A stretch of 64,000 nucleotides of DNA from Oligoflexales bacterium (GTDB lineage Bacteria > Bdellovibrionota_B > Oligoflexia > Oligoflexales > RGVZ01): positions 15,187 to 79,186 of the forward strand of contig JBIIGV010000233.1 in assembly GCA_044236265.1 (NCBI GenBank). The letters run 5' to 3'. Positions 30,501-45,500 of this stretch are shown piece by piece. The number at the start of each line of letters is the position of its first letter. Position 1 is the first letter of the stretch. Under the pieces are notes generated by a model that saw only the letters and a list, made by a program, of their open reading frames with translations, was not told the origin of the DNA and made no database searches. The position numbers were made by a program, and so were the translations under genes.

Positions 30501-33500
30501 CTGCAACTCTGAAGCCTACGATTCGCGGTACTGTGACAGAGTCCTCGACAGTGGCTCTTTACTATGATTCAGGATGTTCGACTGCAAAATCTTCGGCAAT
30601 GTCCAATACGGTATTTGCAAGTCCTGGTATTACGGTGACTGGTAACGTCAATGCAAATACCACGACAGCGATTTATGCTAAAGCCGTAGACGCCGTTGGC
30701 AACGTCTCAAGTTGTACTTATCTTACGACCTATAATCACGACGGCATTGGCCCAGTAGTCACGGGTGTCAATGCGACCATGAGTGATGCAAACTACAAGG
30801 CTGGTCAGACGATTCCGATTACGGTGACTTTCAATGAGTTGGTTTTTGTTACGGGTACGCCTCAGATAACTCTCGAAACCGGTTCAGCTGACGCGATCGT
30901 AAACTATACGTCTGGTTCGGGTACGAATACCTTAACGTTCAACTATATCGTCTTTGCTGGTGATACATCTGCTGACCTGGATTACATCAGTACCACGGCG
31001 TTGACCTTTAACGCTGGTACTATCAAGGACGGTGTAGGCAACAGTGCGACTCTGACATTAGCTGCGCCTGGAAGTTCGGGAAGCTTGGGTGCTAATCGGG
31101 CTATCATTATTGATACAACTGCGCCCGTGATCACTTATAACAGTATTGCGCCGACATCACCAGGAATCAGTCTAGCTCCACAACTGACGTTGACGTTGTC
31201 TGAGGCTGTAACAGCGTTCCGCTTCTACTCAGACCCAGTCTGTAGCTCTCCGATATCTTCGTCCGCTTCAATGGGTTCAGGTTCTAATACCCGCGCTACG
31301 GACACTCTTGCTGCAAACGTGGTAACGACCATCTATGGGCAAAGTGTCGACCAAGCTGGCAACACATCGCTGTGTACCATGCTGACCAGCTATCGCCACG
31401 ACGATGTCGGTCCGACTGTTTCAAGTGTCACATCAACAGCCAATAATGCGACTTATGGTGTTGGTGCGGTGATCCCTGTAACGGTCACATTTACGGAACC
31501 AGTTTTTGTCACCGGAACGCCGCAGATAACGTTGGAAACTGGCGTAACTGATGCAGTTGTGAATTATTCATCAGGATCCGGTACATCGACCTTACGATTT
31601 AACTATACTGTTGCATTGGGACAGAATACGGGTGACCTGGAGTATGTGGGTACATCGTCCCTGTCTCTCAACAGTGGCTCAATTCTCGATACGGCCGGAA
31701 ACGCCGTCGATCTGGCTCTTCCAGCCCTCGGCAGTGCTGGAAGCATTGCAGGTCAGAAAAATATTGTGGTCGATACGACCGCGCCAACATTGACGTATGA
31801 GAGCATTGCGCCGGTTTCGCCTGGTATGAGCCAGATGCCGATTGTGACGGTGGCTCTCTCAGAGCCAGCAAACGTGACTTTATATAGTGATCACACATGT
31901 TCGGCAGCTATTTCTGGTTCGACATCGCTCAGTTCTGGATCCGGTCAGGCAATTACAACTTTTACATTGACAAGCAACACGACGACCGACATCTACGGTA
32001 AAGCCGTCGACCCTGTGTCGAACGCATCATCATGTCTGAACTTAGTGGTCTATACGCACGATAACGTCGCGCCATCGGTGGCGTCATTTGTTAGAGCTGC
32101 TGGCCAGCCATCGTTCACCAACTCAATTCCTATCAATTTCACGATGACGTTGAATGAGCCAGTCGACGTATCAACAATTACTGCGAGTGATATCAGTAAT
32201 ACCGGTACAGCCACAGGAATCACCTGGTCAGTTACATCTGTGTCGAATACTGTCTTCACGGTTTCGGCGACGTCCAGTGGAACAGGGACTTTAATTCCAA
32301 GACTTGCAAACGGAAGCTTCCAGGACGTCGCAGGAAATGTGAGCATCAGTCAGTTCACGGCCAGTGAATCCGTTAATTACACGGCTTCGCCGTTCACAGT
32401 GACGATCAATCAGGCATCCAGCCAGGGTGATCCATCTGCTACGGATCCGGTTAACTTTACGGTGGTCTTCTCTCGTGCGGTTGGTTCAGGAAGCTTTACG
32501 GCTGCTGATATCGTTCAGAACGGATCTCTGGGTTCCATCACTTGGACGTTAACCACGTCAGATGATATCACTTGGAATCTTGCTGCGAGCGGTATGGCAG
32601 CTACTGGGACTTTGATACCATCTATTGCCTCCGGAACGGTTGTTGACCTATATGGCAATAGCAACGCGGCTTCAACCTCGACTGATAATACGGTTAATTT
32701 TGACATCACGCCGCCAACACTGGCGTTTGCATCGTTGAGCCCATCAAATCCAGCGGCGACCCTAAGGCCAACCATCAGGGGTACGGCGTCTAAGGCTTCA
32801 ACAGTGACGCTTTACTATGATGTCTCTTGTTCGACAGCTAAGTCTGCTGGCGCATCTAATACGTCGTTTGCAACGCCGGGTATTACGCCAACCGCCAACG
32901 TGAATAGCAACACGACGACAATAATTTACGCAAAAGCTGTGGACAGCCTTGGCAATGCTTCGTCCTGTACAAGCCTTGTGACTTATTCACATGACGGCGT
33001 TTCACCAACAGTGACCGGTGTGAGTTCAACGCTTGCTAACGGTCCCTATAAGGCTGGCCAGTTAATACCGATTACGATTTCGTTTACCGAGGTGGTCACT
33101 GTAACCGGTACACCATCTCTTACGCTTGAGACAGGTGCCGCTGACTCTGTCGTGAATTACTCCTCCGGATCTGGAACCAATACATTGACCTTCAATTATA
33201 CGGTCTTCAACGGTGATACCGCCGCAGACCTGGACTACGTTAGTTCGGCGGCTCTGGCCCTTAATAATGGTTCTATCAAGGATCCTGTTGGTAATGATGC
33301 AACCCTAACGCTTCCAGCGCCGGGGGCTCTAAACAGCCTTGGATCGAATAAAAATCTTGTGATCGATACAACCGCGCCAGCGTTGACCTACACGTCGATT
33401 CTGCCCGTACCTCCTAGCTCCAGCAGTACGCCACAAGTCAGCTTGTCTAGCAATGAGGCAGCAACCAATCTACAGCTTTATTCCAATTCTTCATGCTCGA

Positions 33501-36500
33501 CCGCAATTTCGTCTCCCGCTTCTGGAACCGTCGGCGGAAACGTTATTTCCTCAACCGGTGTCAATCTCAATGCTCCTACAACGGTCTACGCCCAAGCAAC
33601 AGATTCTGCTGGTAACATCTCGACCTGTACCCTCATGACCACTTACGTCCATGATGATGTGCCGCCAACTATTACGTCGGTTAGTTCGAGCTCAGGAAAC
33701 GGCACTTACAGAGTCGGCCAGTCTTTGGCAATTACGGCCACGTTCTCGGATCCCGTCACCGTTTCTGGCGTACCGCAGTTAGCGATGGAAACTGGTGCTG
33801 TTGATACGGTCGCAAATTATTCGTCTGGGTCAGGATCAAGCACTCTCACATTTACGTATACGATCGCACTAAACGATACGTCATCAGATCTGGATTATGC
33901 GGGAACAAGTGCTCTGGCGTTAAATGGTGGCTCGATTATCGATGCTGCTGGCAACAATGCAGCATTAACGCTGCCTGCGCCCGCTGGTACCGGAAGTTTG
34001 GGGGCACAGAAGGCTTTGGTGATCCAGACGGCGCCTCCAGTATTGTCTTACACATCGATTGCCCCAACCTCTCCTGGAACCAGCCGTCAGCCTGTAGTCA
34101 CATTAAGTGTTAACGAAGCTGCAACGGTTACGTTATACAGTGATTCTGGCTGCGGGACAGCGATTTCGACGGGTACAGCGATTTCCACGGGAGCAGGTCA
34201 GACAATCACTGCTTACACACTTCCATCAAATACAGGCACCTCGATATACGGCAAAGCGGTAGCGGCTTACGGTAACACGTCAGCTTGTACTAACTTGGTT
34301 GTCTATACGCACGATAATATCGCCCCAACCGTGACGTCTTTTGTGAAGGCAGCCGGCCAGAACTCATTCACAAACTCGATTCCTCTGAACTTCACATTGA
34401 CCTTTAGTGAACCTATCAATGCGTCTAGCTTCACGGTTAATGATTTGATGAATATTGGCACCGCTACCGGCGTGTCATGGGAGATTGTGCCCGTTAGCTC
34501 TACAGTCTACACGGTGTCCGTAACATCGGCTGGTAACGGCAGTGTCACGCCGCAGTTGGTTTCTGGCACTGTGACCGATCCAGCCGGCAACGCGACCGCA
34601 AACAACTATGATTCCGCCGACACGGTAAACTATACGGCCGCTGCATTCACGGTTTCGGTGAACCAAGCTTCTGGTCAGGCTGATCCAGTCAATGTCCTGC
34701 CGGTTTCGTATACGGTGGTATTCTCAGGTGCTGTTGGTTCGTCCAGTTTTGATGTGTCGGATGTGACCCAGGCTGGTACAGCGTCAGGTGTGACTTGGGG
34801 CCTTAGCACCGCAGACAACATCACATGGACGTTGACGGCAACAGCTGCTTCGTCATCTGGAACGATCATTCCTTCCATAGCAGCAGACCGGGTTGTAGAT
34901 GCTTTCGGTAACAATAATTCTGCTGCAACATCCACGGATAAGACCGTGACCTATGACATCACGAGTCCTACAGTCACATTTGCTTCATTAAGTCCTGCTA
35001 ATCCATCGTCTAGCTTGACACCAACCATTCGTGGAACTGTGTCTGAGGCGTCTACTGTGACGCTATATTATGATGTGAATTGCTCGACTGGTAAATCGGC
35101 AGCGACCGCAAGCACGGCTTTCGCAAGTCCTGGTATCGTCGTGAACGCGAACGTGAATAGCAACACATCAACGGCGATTTATGCAAAAGCTGTCGATAAT
35201 GTTGGAAACGAATCTTCCTGTACGTCGCTTGTTAGCTACACCCATGACGGCGTATCGCCAACGATTACCAATGTGACCTCTGGTCTAGCTGATGGAACCT
35301 ATAAAGCGGGTCAGGTCGTCCCTGTGTCCCTCACATTCTCTGAAGCTGTCACGGTAACCGGCACTCCAAAAATTAGTCTTGAGACAGGAGCCACTGACGC
35401 GGTGGTTGCGTACAGCTCCGGTTCAGGAACCAACACGCTAACATTCAATTACACGGTCTTCTCCGGTGATGTGTCTGCAGATCTTGATTACATCAGCACC
35501 ACAGCGTTGGCTCTTGATGGTGGAACGATCAGAGATCATGTGGGTAACAATGCGGTTGTGACTTTGCCGGCACCCGGAACCTCCGGAAGTTTAGCGGCGA
35601 ATAAGGCACTTGTAGTTGATACGGCTCCGCCGAGTGTTACGTTCACAAGTATCTCGCCAGTGTCTCCAGGAAGCTCGCGTACGCCTCAGTTGGTAGTCAA
35701 TACATCCGAGGCGATGTCTGACATCCAGATTTACACGGATGCAAGTTGTACGACCTCGGTCTCGAGCTCTCAGTCGGCAGGCGTAGGATCTAAGTCCATC
35801 ACAACGTCACCCTTGCCTGCAAACGCGCAGTCCTCTCTTTATGCTTATGGATTGGATATAGCCGGAAACCCTTCTGCTTGTACGCTCATGACCAGTTATC
35901 TCCACGATGACCTTGGCGCTACGATTGCATTTGTCACATCGACAAGTTCAAACGGTACCTATGGTGTCGGCAATCAAATTGTGATTACGGTTCGCTTCTC
36001 GGAAGCAGTTTATGTGACCGGAGTTCCGCAATTAACACTTGAGACTGGTGCTTCTGATGCCGTGGTGAACTATGCCTCTGGTTCTGGCACAAACACCCTT
36101 TCATTCAACTATAATGTCTTGTCTGGCCAATCATCGGTTGATCTTGATTATCAATCGACGACGTCGCTCAGTCTGAATAGCGGTACGATCAAGGACGTCT
36201 CAGGTAACAATGCGACTCTAACACTTCCAACTCCTGGTGACTCCAATAGCTTGGCTGGTCAAAAGGATATTGTGATTGATAATACGGCTCCAACGATCAC
36301 TTACACATCCATCTCGCCGCCATCGCCTGGCATAAGTCAGACTCCAACAGTGACGATGGACTTGTCAGAGAGCGCAACGGTTACTCTGTATAGCGATAAC
36401 ACTTGCACGGCCGCCATCTCTAACGCGACGCTCTTAAGCGGTGGGGCTGGCCAGACGGTCACAACGATTTCTTTAACTCCAAATGCTACAACCACGATCT

Positions 36501-39500
36501 ACGCGAAGGGTCTCGACGCCGTTAGCAACGCGTCAACCTGTACAAACTTGGTGTCCTATGTCCACGATAATACGCCGCCACTTGCGAGCACGTTCGCGCG
36601 GGCCTCTGGTCAACCAGCACTCACTAATTCGCTGCCAATTAACTTCACAGTTGCCTTCAATGAGCCAATCGCAGCCTCCTCATTCACCTCGGCTGATATC
36701 AGTAACGGCGGAACTGCGACGGGAACGACTTGGACGGTGACCGCTGTCAGCTCGAACACTTACACAATTGCTGCAACGACGGCTAATAACGGAACCCTGA
36801 TTCCACGTATTGCTCTCGGTGGTGTAACAGATATCGCGGGCAACGCGACGACATCCATGAATAATAGCTCTGAGACGGTGAACTATTCGACGGCCGCACT
36901 TTCTGTGGTTATCAATCAGGCAGCTGGGCAAGCTGACCCAGTTGCGTCTGGGCCAATTACCTTTACGGTTCAGTTCTCTAACCCGGTAAATCCTGGGACC
37001 TTCACTGCGGCAGATATTGTTCAAAATGGTACGGCGACTGGAATCAGCTGGGCATTAACGACAACTGATGACACCACATGGAACCTGACAGCTTCCGGTA
37101 TGGCGGGTTCTGGAACCGTTATTCCAAGTATTGCGGATACGACCGTTGTTGACGTCTTCGGCAATAACAATGCGGCTTCAACCTCAACCGATAATACTGT
37201 CACTTACGACATTACGGCTCCGTCCTTGACGTTCTCGTCTCTGTCTCCTTCAAATCCCGGTTCTACCTTGACTCCAAGTGTGCGGGGTACGGCGTCTAAA
37301 GCGTCCACAGTTACGTTGTACTTCGATAGTCTTTGTTCAACCTCTAAGTCAGCTGCGACGGCGAGCACAGCATTTTCCTCGCCTGGTATCACACTGACCG
37401 GTCTTGTGAATTCAAATACGACCACGACAATTTATGCAATGGCAGTTGACGCCTTGGGTAATGCCTCTGGTTGTACACAGATGGTTGTTTACACCCACGA
37501 CGGAGCGCCGCCAACCGTGACATCGATCAGCTCGACTTTAGCTGATGGTTACTATATGGCAGGTCAATTGATCCCAATTACAGTGACGTTCTCAGAAAAT
37601 GTTACTGTGACCGGTACTCCTAATTTGGCGCTAGAGACCGGCTCGACGGACGCCACGATCAACTATACGTCGGGAAGTGGTTCAAATGTTCTGACATTCA
37701 ACTACACAGTAGCTGCAGGTGATACATCCTCGGACCTTGATTTTGTTGGATCCTCTTCGCTCGTTCTTAATGGTGGAACGATTCGCGATGTCATTGGTAA
37801 CAATGCAATCCTGACGCTTCCGGCACCTGGAACCGCAGGAAGTCTTGCTGCCAACAAAGCACTTGTAGTTGATACAGCAGCACCTTCGCTGACCTACACG
37901 TCCATCAATCCAGTTTCACCGAATTCAAGTCAAACACCACAGGTAACGCTTGTGCTCTCCGAAGCTGCTCAGAACGTTCAGCTTTATTCAAATCCTGTCT
38001 GTAACAATGCGATATCGTCCTCCAGTGTAGGTTCAGTCGGGACCAATGTGATCACGACGACCACTCTCCTCAGTAATGCGACGACATCGATCTTTGCCAA
38101 AATGACGGACTTAGCTGGAAATGATTCATTCTGCGTATCGATGACGAACTATGCGAACGACATGACGGCACCAGGTGTTTCGTCCGTCACTTCGACCTCA
38201 ACCAACGGCACCTACGTTGTGGGTCAAACGATTCCGGTTTCGATTACCTTCTCAGAGAACGTTTATGTAACCGGCACACCGCAGCTCACCATGGAGACGG
38301 GAGCCACTGATACTGTTGCAGACTATGCTTCTGGATCTGGAACGAATACGCTCGTCTTTAATTATGTCATCGCTTTAAATGACGCGTCTCTTGATCTTGA
38401 TTATCATTCGGCCGGTGCCTTGGGTGCCAATGGCGGAACGATTAAAGATCTTGCTGGTAACAACGCTGTTCTTACGTTGGCATCCCCGGGGGCTGCTAGT
38501 AGCTTGGGCGCCAACAAAGCGATTGTGATTCAAACGACTCTGCCGACCATTAGCAGTGCTTCAATTAGTCCTGCGTCTCCAGGTAGCACTCGTACGCCAA
38601 CGGTTTCGATGACTCTATCAGACGCATCGACGGTCACTCTGTATAGCAACTCTGACTGTTCAACAGCGATCTCGGCAGCAAAATCTCTGGTCGCTGGTTC
38701 AGGTCAAACAGTGACGACTTACACGCTAGCGTCCAATGTTGCGACACAGATTTATGGAAAGGCTGTAGCTGCCTTTGGTAACACGTCGGTCTGTACATCT
38801 TTAATTAGTTACACACACGATGATGTGGCGCCATTCGTGAGCAGCTTTGTGCGCGCTAGCGGTCAAAATGCATTCACAAATTCCACTCCAGTGAACTTCA
38901 CTCTCACCCTGAGCGAATCGATCAACGTAAGCACGCTGACCGCGGTAGATATTTCCAATGCCGGTACTGCGACGAATGTGGTTTGGTCTGTAGCATCAGT
39001 TAGCAGCTCAGTCTTTACAATCTCCGCTAACTCGTCTGACAACGGAACAATTATTCCTCGCCTGGCCGCCAATGCTGTGGCAGATCCAGCTGGAAACACG
39101 AATGTTGCTCAGGCAAGCGCAACTGATACAGTGTCATACACGGCAGCAACCTACACCGTGACCCTCAACCAGGCCACGGGACAATCTGATCCGATCAATG
39201 CACTGCCAGTAAACTTCACAGTTGTATTCTCAAGTGCCGTTGGTTCTTCGAGTTTTGATGTCTCTGATATCACTCAGACAGGTACAGCTAGTGGAATTAC
39301 TTGGACTCTTGCGAGCGCTGACCAGATTACGTGGACGCTTTCTGTAACAGCTGTAACGACTCCGGGTTCTATCGTTCCAATGATAGCGTCGAACCGAGTG
39401 GTAGACGAGTTTGGTAACCAGAATGGACAGTCTGCCTCTACCGATAATTCCGTTGTCTATGACACGGCCGCACCTGTGGTCACGTTCTCGTCGGTTACAC

Positions 39501-42500
39501 CAGCTAATCCGTCTTCAAGTTTGAATCCTCGCTTCTTTGGCTCTGTATCAGAAGCCTCAGTGGTAACCCTTTACTATGACGTAAGCTGTACGACGGCCAA
39601 GTCCTCGGCGACAGCGAATACGGTATTTGCGAGCCCAGGCATTCTTGTAACCGGTGCGGTGAATGCGAACACGACGACCACAGTGTTTGCAAAGGCGGTC
39701 GATACTGCAGGAAACGCATCGGTTTGTACCAATATCGTAACGTATACTCATGACGGAATTGGGCCGACTGTCACTGATGTGACCACAGGCCTGGCGAACG
39801 GTAGTTATAAAGCTGGTCAGGCTGTGCCGATCAGTGTCACCTTCTCCGAGGTGGTGACTGTAACCGGTACACCAAATCTAACCCTTGAAACTGGTGCAAC
39901 AGATGCTGTTCTTGCTTACAGCAGTGGATCTGGCTCGAATACAATCACATTCAACTACACAGTATTCGCTGGTGATACATCTGCTGACCTGGACTACGTC
40001 GCAACAACCTCGCTTGTGGCCAATGGCGGAACGATCAAAGACGCGGTAGGTAATGACGCGACTTTGACCTTACCGGCTCCGGGTGCAGCAGGTAGCCTCG
40101 GTGGAAATAAAGGGGTCATTATCGATACGACAGCGCCGTCCGTATCGTATACATCCATCTCACCAGTATCCCCTGGAGCGACCCGCACACCTCAGGTCAC
40201 GATTAGTCTTTCTGAGGCGGCATCTTCTGTTGAATTGTTCTCAGATGCAGGCTGCTCTGCCTCAGTTTCGGCTGCAGCAGCTGCGGCGGCGGGAAGCAAT
40301 ACAATTACGACAACGAACTTGACTGCAAACGGTAGCACATCGCTTTTCGCGAAGATGACTGACATTGCGGGTAATGCTTCAAGCTGTTCGTTAATGACCA
40401 GTTATACCCACGACGGTAATGATCCGACGGTTACGGTTGTCAGCTCGACTAAGGCTGATGGAACTTACGGAACAGGAACCTTGATCCCAATCACCGTGAC
40501 ATTCTCAGAGAATGTTTATGTGACAGGCACTCCACGTATCACCCTTGAGACGGGTGCTACGGACGCTCTTGTTGACTACACCTCAGGATCTGGCACAACC
40601 ACCTTGACCTTCAACTACACTGTGGGAGCGGGCGAGGCGAGTGCTGACCTTGACTACGAATCGACCGGAGCGCTAGTCCTCAATAGCGGTACGATCAAAG
40701 ATCTCTCTGGCAACAACGCGAACTTGGCACTTCCTGCTCTAGCAAGTGCAAGTAGCCTTGCCGGTCAGAAGGCGATTGTCCTCGACCAAACAGCACCAAC
40801 GATTACCTTTACGTCGATTAACCCAGTCAGCCCCGGCATGAGCCAGACTCCGACCTTGACCCTAAGCTTGTCTGAGGCAGCAACGGTCACTCTATATACA
40901 GATAGCGGCTGTTCGGCTGCGGTATCGTCAGCGACCTCGCTGGCTTCTGGTGCAGGTCAGACAATCGCGACAAATAGCCTCAATGCTAACGTTTCGACCT
41001 CTCTGTGGGCGAAGGGTGTAGACCTTGTTGGTAACGTGGGAAGCTGCTCTAGCATGGTCACCTATATCCATGACAGTGCAGCACCGACGGTCAGCACATT
41101 TGCCCGCGCTGGTGGCTCGCCAACGAATTCGTTGCCAGTCAACTTCACACTGACCTTCAATGAACCAATCAATCCTGCCAGCCTGACCTCGGCTGACTTT
41201 ACAAATGCTGGTACGGCAACAGGAGTCGCTTGGTCTGTAACCAACTCTGGCGATAGCACAACCTTTACGGTAGCAGCGACGGTATCGGGTAACGGTACAC
41301 TGCAGCCTCGCCTTGCTAGTGGTGGCATGACTGATGTGGCAGGCAATGCCAATGCTTCTGCAGTAACCGCCAGCAACAGTGTTTCCTACTCTGTGGCAGC
41401 GTTCTCGGTGGCAATCAACCAGGCAGCTGGCCAGTCTGATCCAGTGAGAACCTTGCCGATTACATTTACGGCGGTCTTCTCTGATGCGGTGAACCCAACA
41501 ACGTTTGATGCCAGTGATATCGTCCAAAACGGTACGGCGGGTGGTATCACCTGGAACTTGAGCTCGACGGATAATATCACGTGGACAATCACAGCGTCTG
41601 GTCTTGGTGCTTCTGGCAGTGTGATTCCATCGATTGCATCGAGTACGGTCAAAGATACATTTGGTAATGACAATGCGGCTTCGGCTTCAACTGATAACAC
41701 GGTGTCCTATGACATCACTGTGCCGACCTTCTCGTCGATTACAGTCAGTCCAGCAAATCCTGCAGCGACTTTAACCCCAACCGTTCTTGGTGTCGTGTCC
41801 AAGGCCTCGACTGTGACTCTATACTACGACTCAAGCTGTACGACGGCTAAGGCGACCCCAGCCGCTAACACCGTGTTTGCAACGCCAGGCATCACAGTCA
41901 CCGGTAACGTTAATCCAAATACGACGACCGTAATCTACGGTCAGGCTGTCGACGCTTTGGGTAACACATCACTGTGTACAAACCTTGTAACTTACACCCA
42001 CGACGGAGCCGCACCAACAGTCAGTGGCGTCAGTGCTAACTTGGCTAATGGTCCATATAAGGCTGGTCAGGTGGTTCCAGTTGAAGTGACCTTCAGTGAA
42101 AATGTCACAGTGACCGGCGTACCACAGATCACTCTTGAAACGGGAGCAACCGATGCGGTGGTCACTTATACAAGTGGCTCAGGTACAAATAAACTGACCT
42201 TCAACTACACAGTCTTTGCTGGTGACACGTCAGCCGACCTTGATTACGTAGCGACGACGTCCCTAGCTCTTAACGGCGGCACGATTAAAGATAGCGTGGG
42301 TAACAACGCGACCTTGACCCTGCCAGCTCCGGGCGCAAGCGGTAGCCTTGGCGCGAGCAAAGATCTTGTGATCGACACGACATCTCCGACTTTGGCTTAC
42401 ACATCGATCACTCCAGTATCTCCTGGTACGACCCGTACGCCTCAGGTGGCCTTGACCATCTCTGAGGGCGTCACCAATATCCAGCTTTATTCGAATGCTC

Positions 42501-45500
42501 TTTGTAATGCAGCAGTATCTAGTGCTGCCGCAGGTACATCGGGTGCTAACACCATCACGACCAATAACCTGACGGCTGATAATTCGACGTTGATCTTTGC
42601 TCAGGCTACAGATGCAGCGGGTAACGCTTCGGCTTGTACATCGATGACAAGCTACACCCATGATGGCACGGCACCAACGATCACGGGCGTAAGCTCGACC
42701 TCGGCTAACGGCACCTACCGCGTCGGTCAGACCATTCCAGTAACGGTAACCTTTGCAGAAAATGTCTACGTCACTGGAACTCCATCCTTACTCATGGAAA
42801 CAGGCTCCACGGATACGGCTGCAAGCTATGTCTCTGGATCTGGTACAAGCACTCTGACCTTCAACTACGTGGTGGCGTTAACTGACCAGTCATCTGATCT
42901 TGATTATCAGAGTGCTGCAGCACTGACGGTCGCTGGCGCAACGATCCAAGATCTTGCTGGCAACAACGCGACCTTAACTTTGGCTGCACCAGGTGCAACC
43001 AATAGTCTTGCTGATCAGAAGGCAATCGTCATCCAAACGACCAAGCCAACGATTGCTTACACATCAATTAGCCCAGCCTCACCAGGCACAAGCCGTACTC
43101 CAACGGTCTCGATGACTCTGTCTGAGGCGGCAACGGTCACGCTGTACACCGACAACACATGCAATACAGCCAAGTCTGCAGCAACAGCATTGTCTGCGGG
43201 TGCTGGCCAGACGGTGACAAGCTACACACTGACAGCGAACGCTGCGACAGATCTCTACGCCCAGGCGGTGGGTGCATTCGGCAATACGTCACTTTGTACG
43301 ATGCTCGTCTCCTACACCCATGACAGCATTGCACCGACAGTGACGTCATTTGTCAGAGCAAGTGGTCAGGCAGCGTTTACCAACTCTGTTCCTGTGAACT
43401 TCACTATGACCTTCAGCGAAGCCATTGATCCGGCATTGTTCACCGCAAATGATATTAGTAACTCTGGTACTGCTAATGGTGTAACCTGGACGGTCACCAA
43501 CTCTGGTAATAACACGACCTTCACAATCGCAGCGACCAGCTCAGGCAATGGTACATTGATTCCTCGCCTTGGAGTGACAGGAATTGCTGACCCTGCAGGC
43601 AATACGAACGGCAGCCCTTACGATACAACGCAAAACGTCAGTTACACGGCAGCCACATTCACAGTCACAGTCAATCAGGCGTCTGGCCAGGCAGATCCAG
43701 TGAAGACGCTGCCTGCCCAATACACCGTCGTATTCTCAAGTGCAGTTGGCAACTCAAGCTTTGATGTCATTGACGTCAGCAATAGTGGTACCGCAACCGG
43801 TGTTGTCTGGGGACTTGCGACGTCTGATAACATCACCTGGACACTGACGGCAACGTCTGCGTCTTCTGATGGAACGATCATCCCAGTTATTGCGCAGAAC
43901 ACGGTTCAAGATGAGTTCGGAAACCAAAACGGCGCTGCAACAGCCACCGATCGCTCGATTACATTTGACAGCGCTGCTCCGACATTCTCCGGACCATACA
44001 CTGTCAGCCCAGCCAATCCTTCGAGCAGTCTAACTCCAACCATTCGTGGTGTAACGTCAGAGGCTTCGACGGTAACGATGTACTACGATTCAGGTTGTAT
44101 TACGCCTAAGTCTGCTGGCACAGCAAACACAGCCTTTGTCACCCCAGGCATTACGGTTAACTCAAATGTTAATGCTAACGGTACAACGACGATCTACGCC
44201 AAAGCGCAGGACACAGCCGGAAACGAGTCCAGCTGTACAACGATTGTGGCTACTTATACGCACGATAGCATGGGTCCATCTGTTACAAACGTGACCTCCA
44301 GCCAATCAAATGGAAGCTACAAGGTCACAGCGGCGCAGATTATTCCAATTAGCTTGACCTTCTCAGAGGCTGTCAACGTGACGGGTACGCCGACCTTGAC
44401 CCTTGAGACTGGAGCAACGGACGCTATTGCAACTTATGCAAGTGGATCCGGAACATCCACTCTGGTCTTCAACTATACGGTCTTCGCAGGCGATACAAGT
44501 AGTGACCTCGACTATGCTGGAACGGCGGCTCTGGCCCTCAGCGGTGGAACGATGACTGATGCTGTTGGTAATAATGCAACATTGACTCTTCCTGCTCCTG
44601 GTGCTGCTGGAAGTCTTGGTGCGAACAAGGCTCTGATTATCGATACGACCTTGCCGACCGTAGCGTTTACGTCGATTTCACCTGTATCTCCGGGCGCAAG
44701 CTTGTCACCACAAGTGACCATCAATAGCTCGGAAGCTGGCAGCATGGAGCTCTTCTCGACCAGCAACTGTAACTCGTCGATTTCGACTGCCATCACGGGC
44801 TCGGTTGGAGCCAACACGATTGCCACGAATAGCCTTGCACCCAATGCTTCGACCTCTATCTTTGCAAAAGTCACTGATGCTGCTGGTAATGCATCGAGCT
44901 GTACATCGATGACCACCTATCTCCACGACGGCGTCGATCCAACCGTTACTTCAGTTAGTTCGACTGCAGCAAACGGTAGTTATGGAACCGGTCAGACCAT
45001 GGCTATCACGGTTTCATTCTCTGAGGTGGTTTACGTCACGGGTACACCAAATCTGACCCTTGAGACTGGTGCAACCGATGCTGTCATCAATTATGCTTCA
45101 GGATCTGGTACGAATACGTTGACCTTCAACTACACAGTTGCTTCAACTCATAACTCTCTAGATCTTGATTATGAGTCCACCACGGCACTTCTACTGAATG
45201 GTGGAACGATTAAGGATGTGTCTCTCAATAACGCCGTATTAACCCTGCCAACAGTTGGCGGTGTTAACAGTATTGCAGGTCAGAAGGCGATCGTTATCGA
45301 CAACGTGGTTCCGACGATCACCTACACATCGATGACTCCAGCGTCTCCTGCGATGGGTCTAACACCAACCTTGACCATGTCCTTGTCTGAGGCGGCGACG
45401 GTCACTCTCCATAGCGACCACACATGTACGGCGCCAATTTCTGTAGATACAGCGCTGTCTTCTGGTGCTGGCCAGACGATTACGACTCAGGCGTTGACAG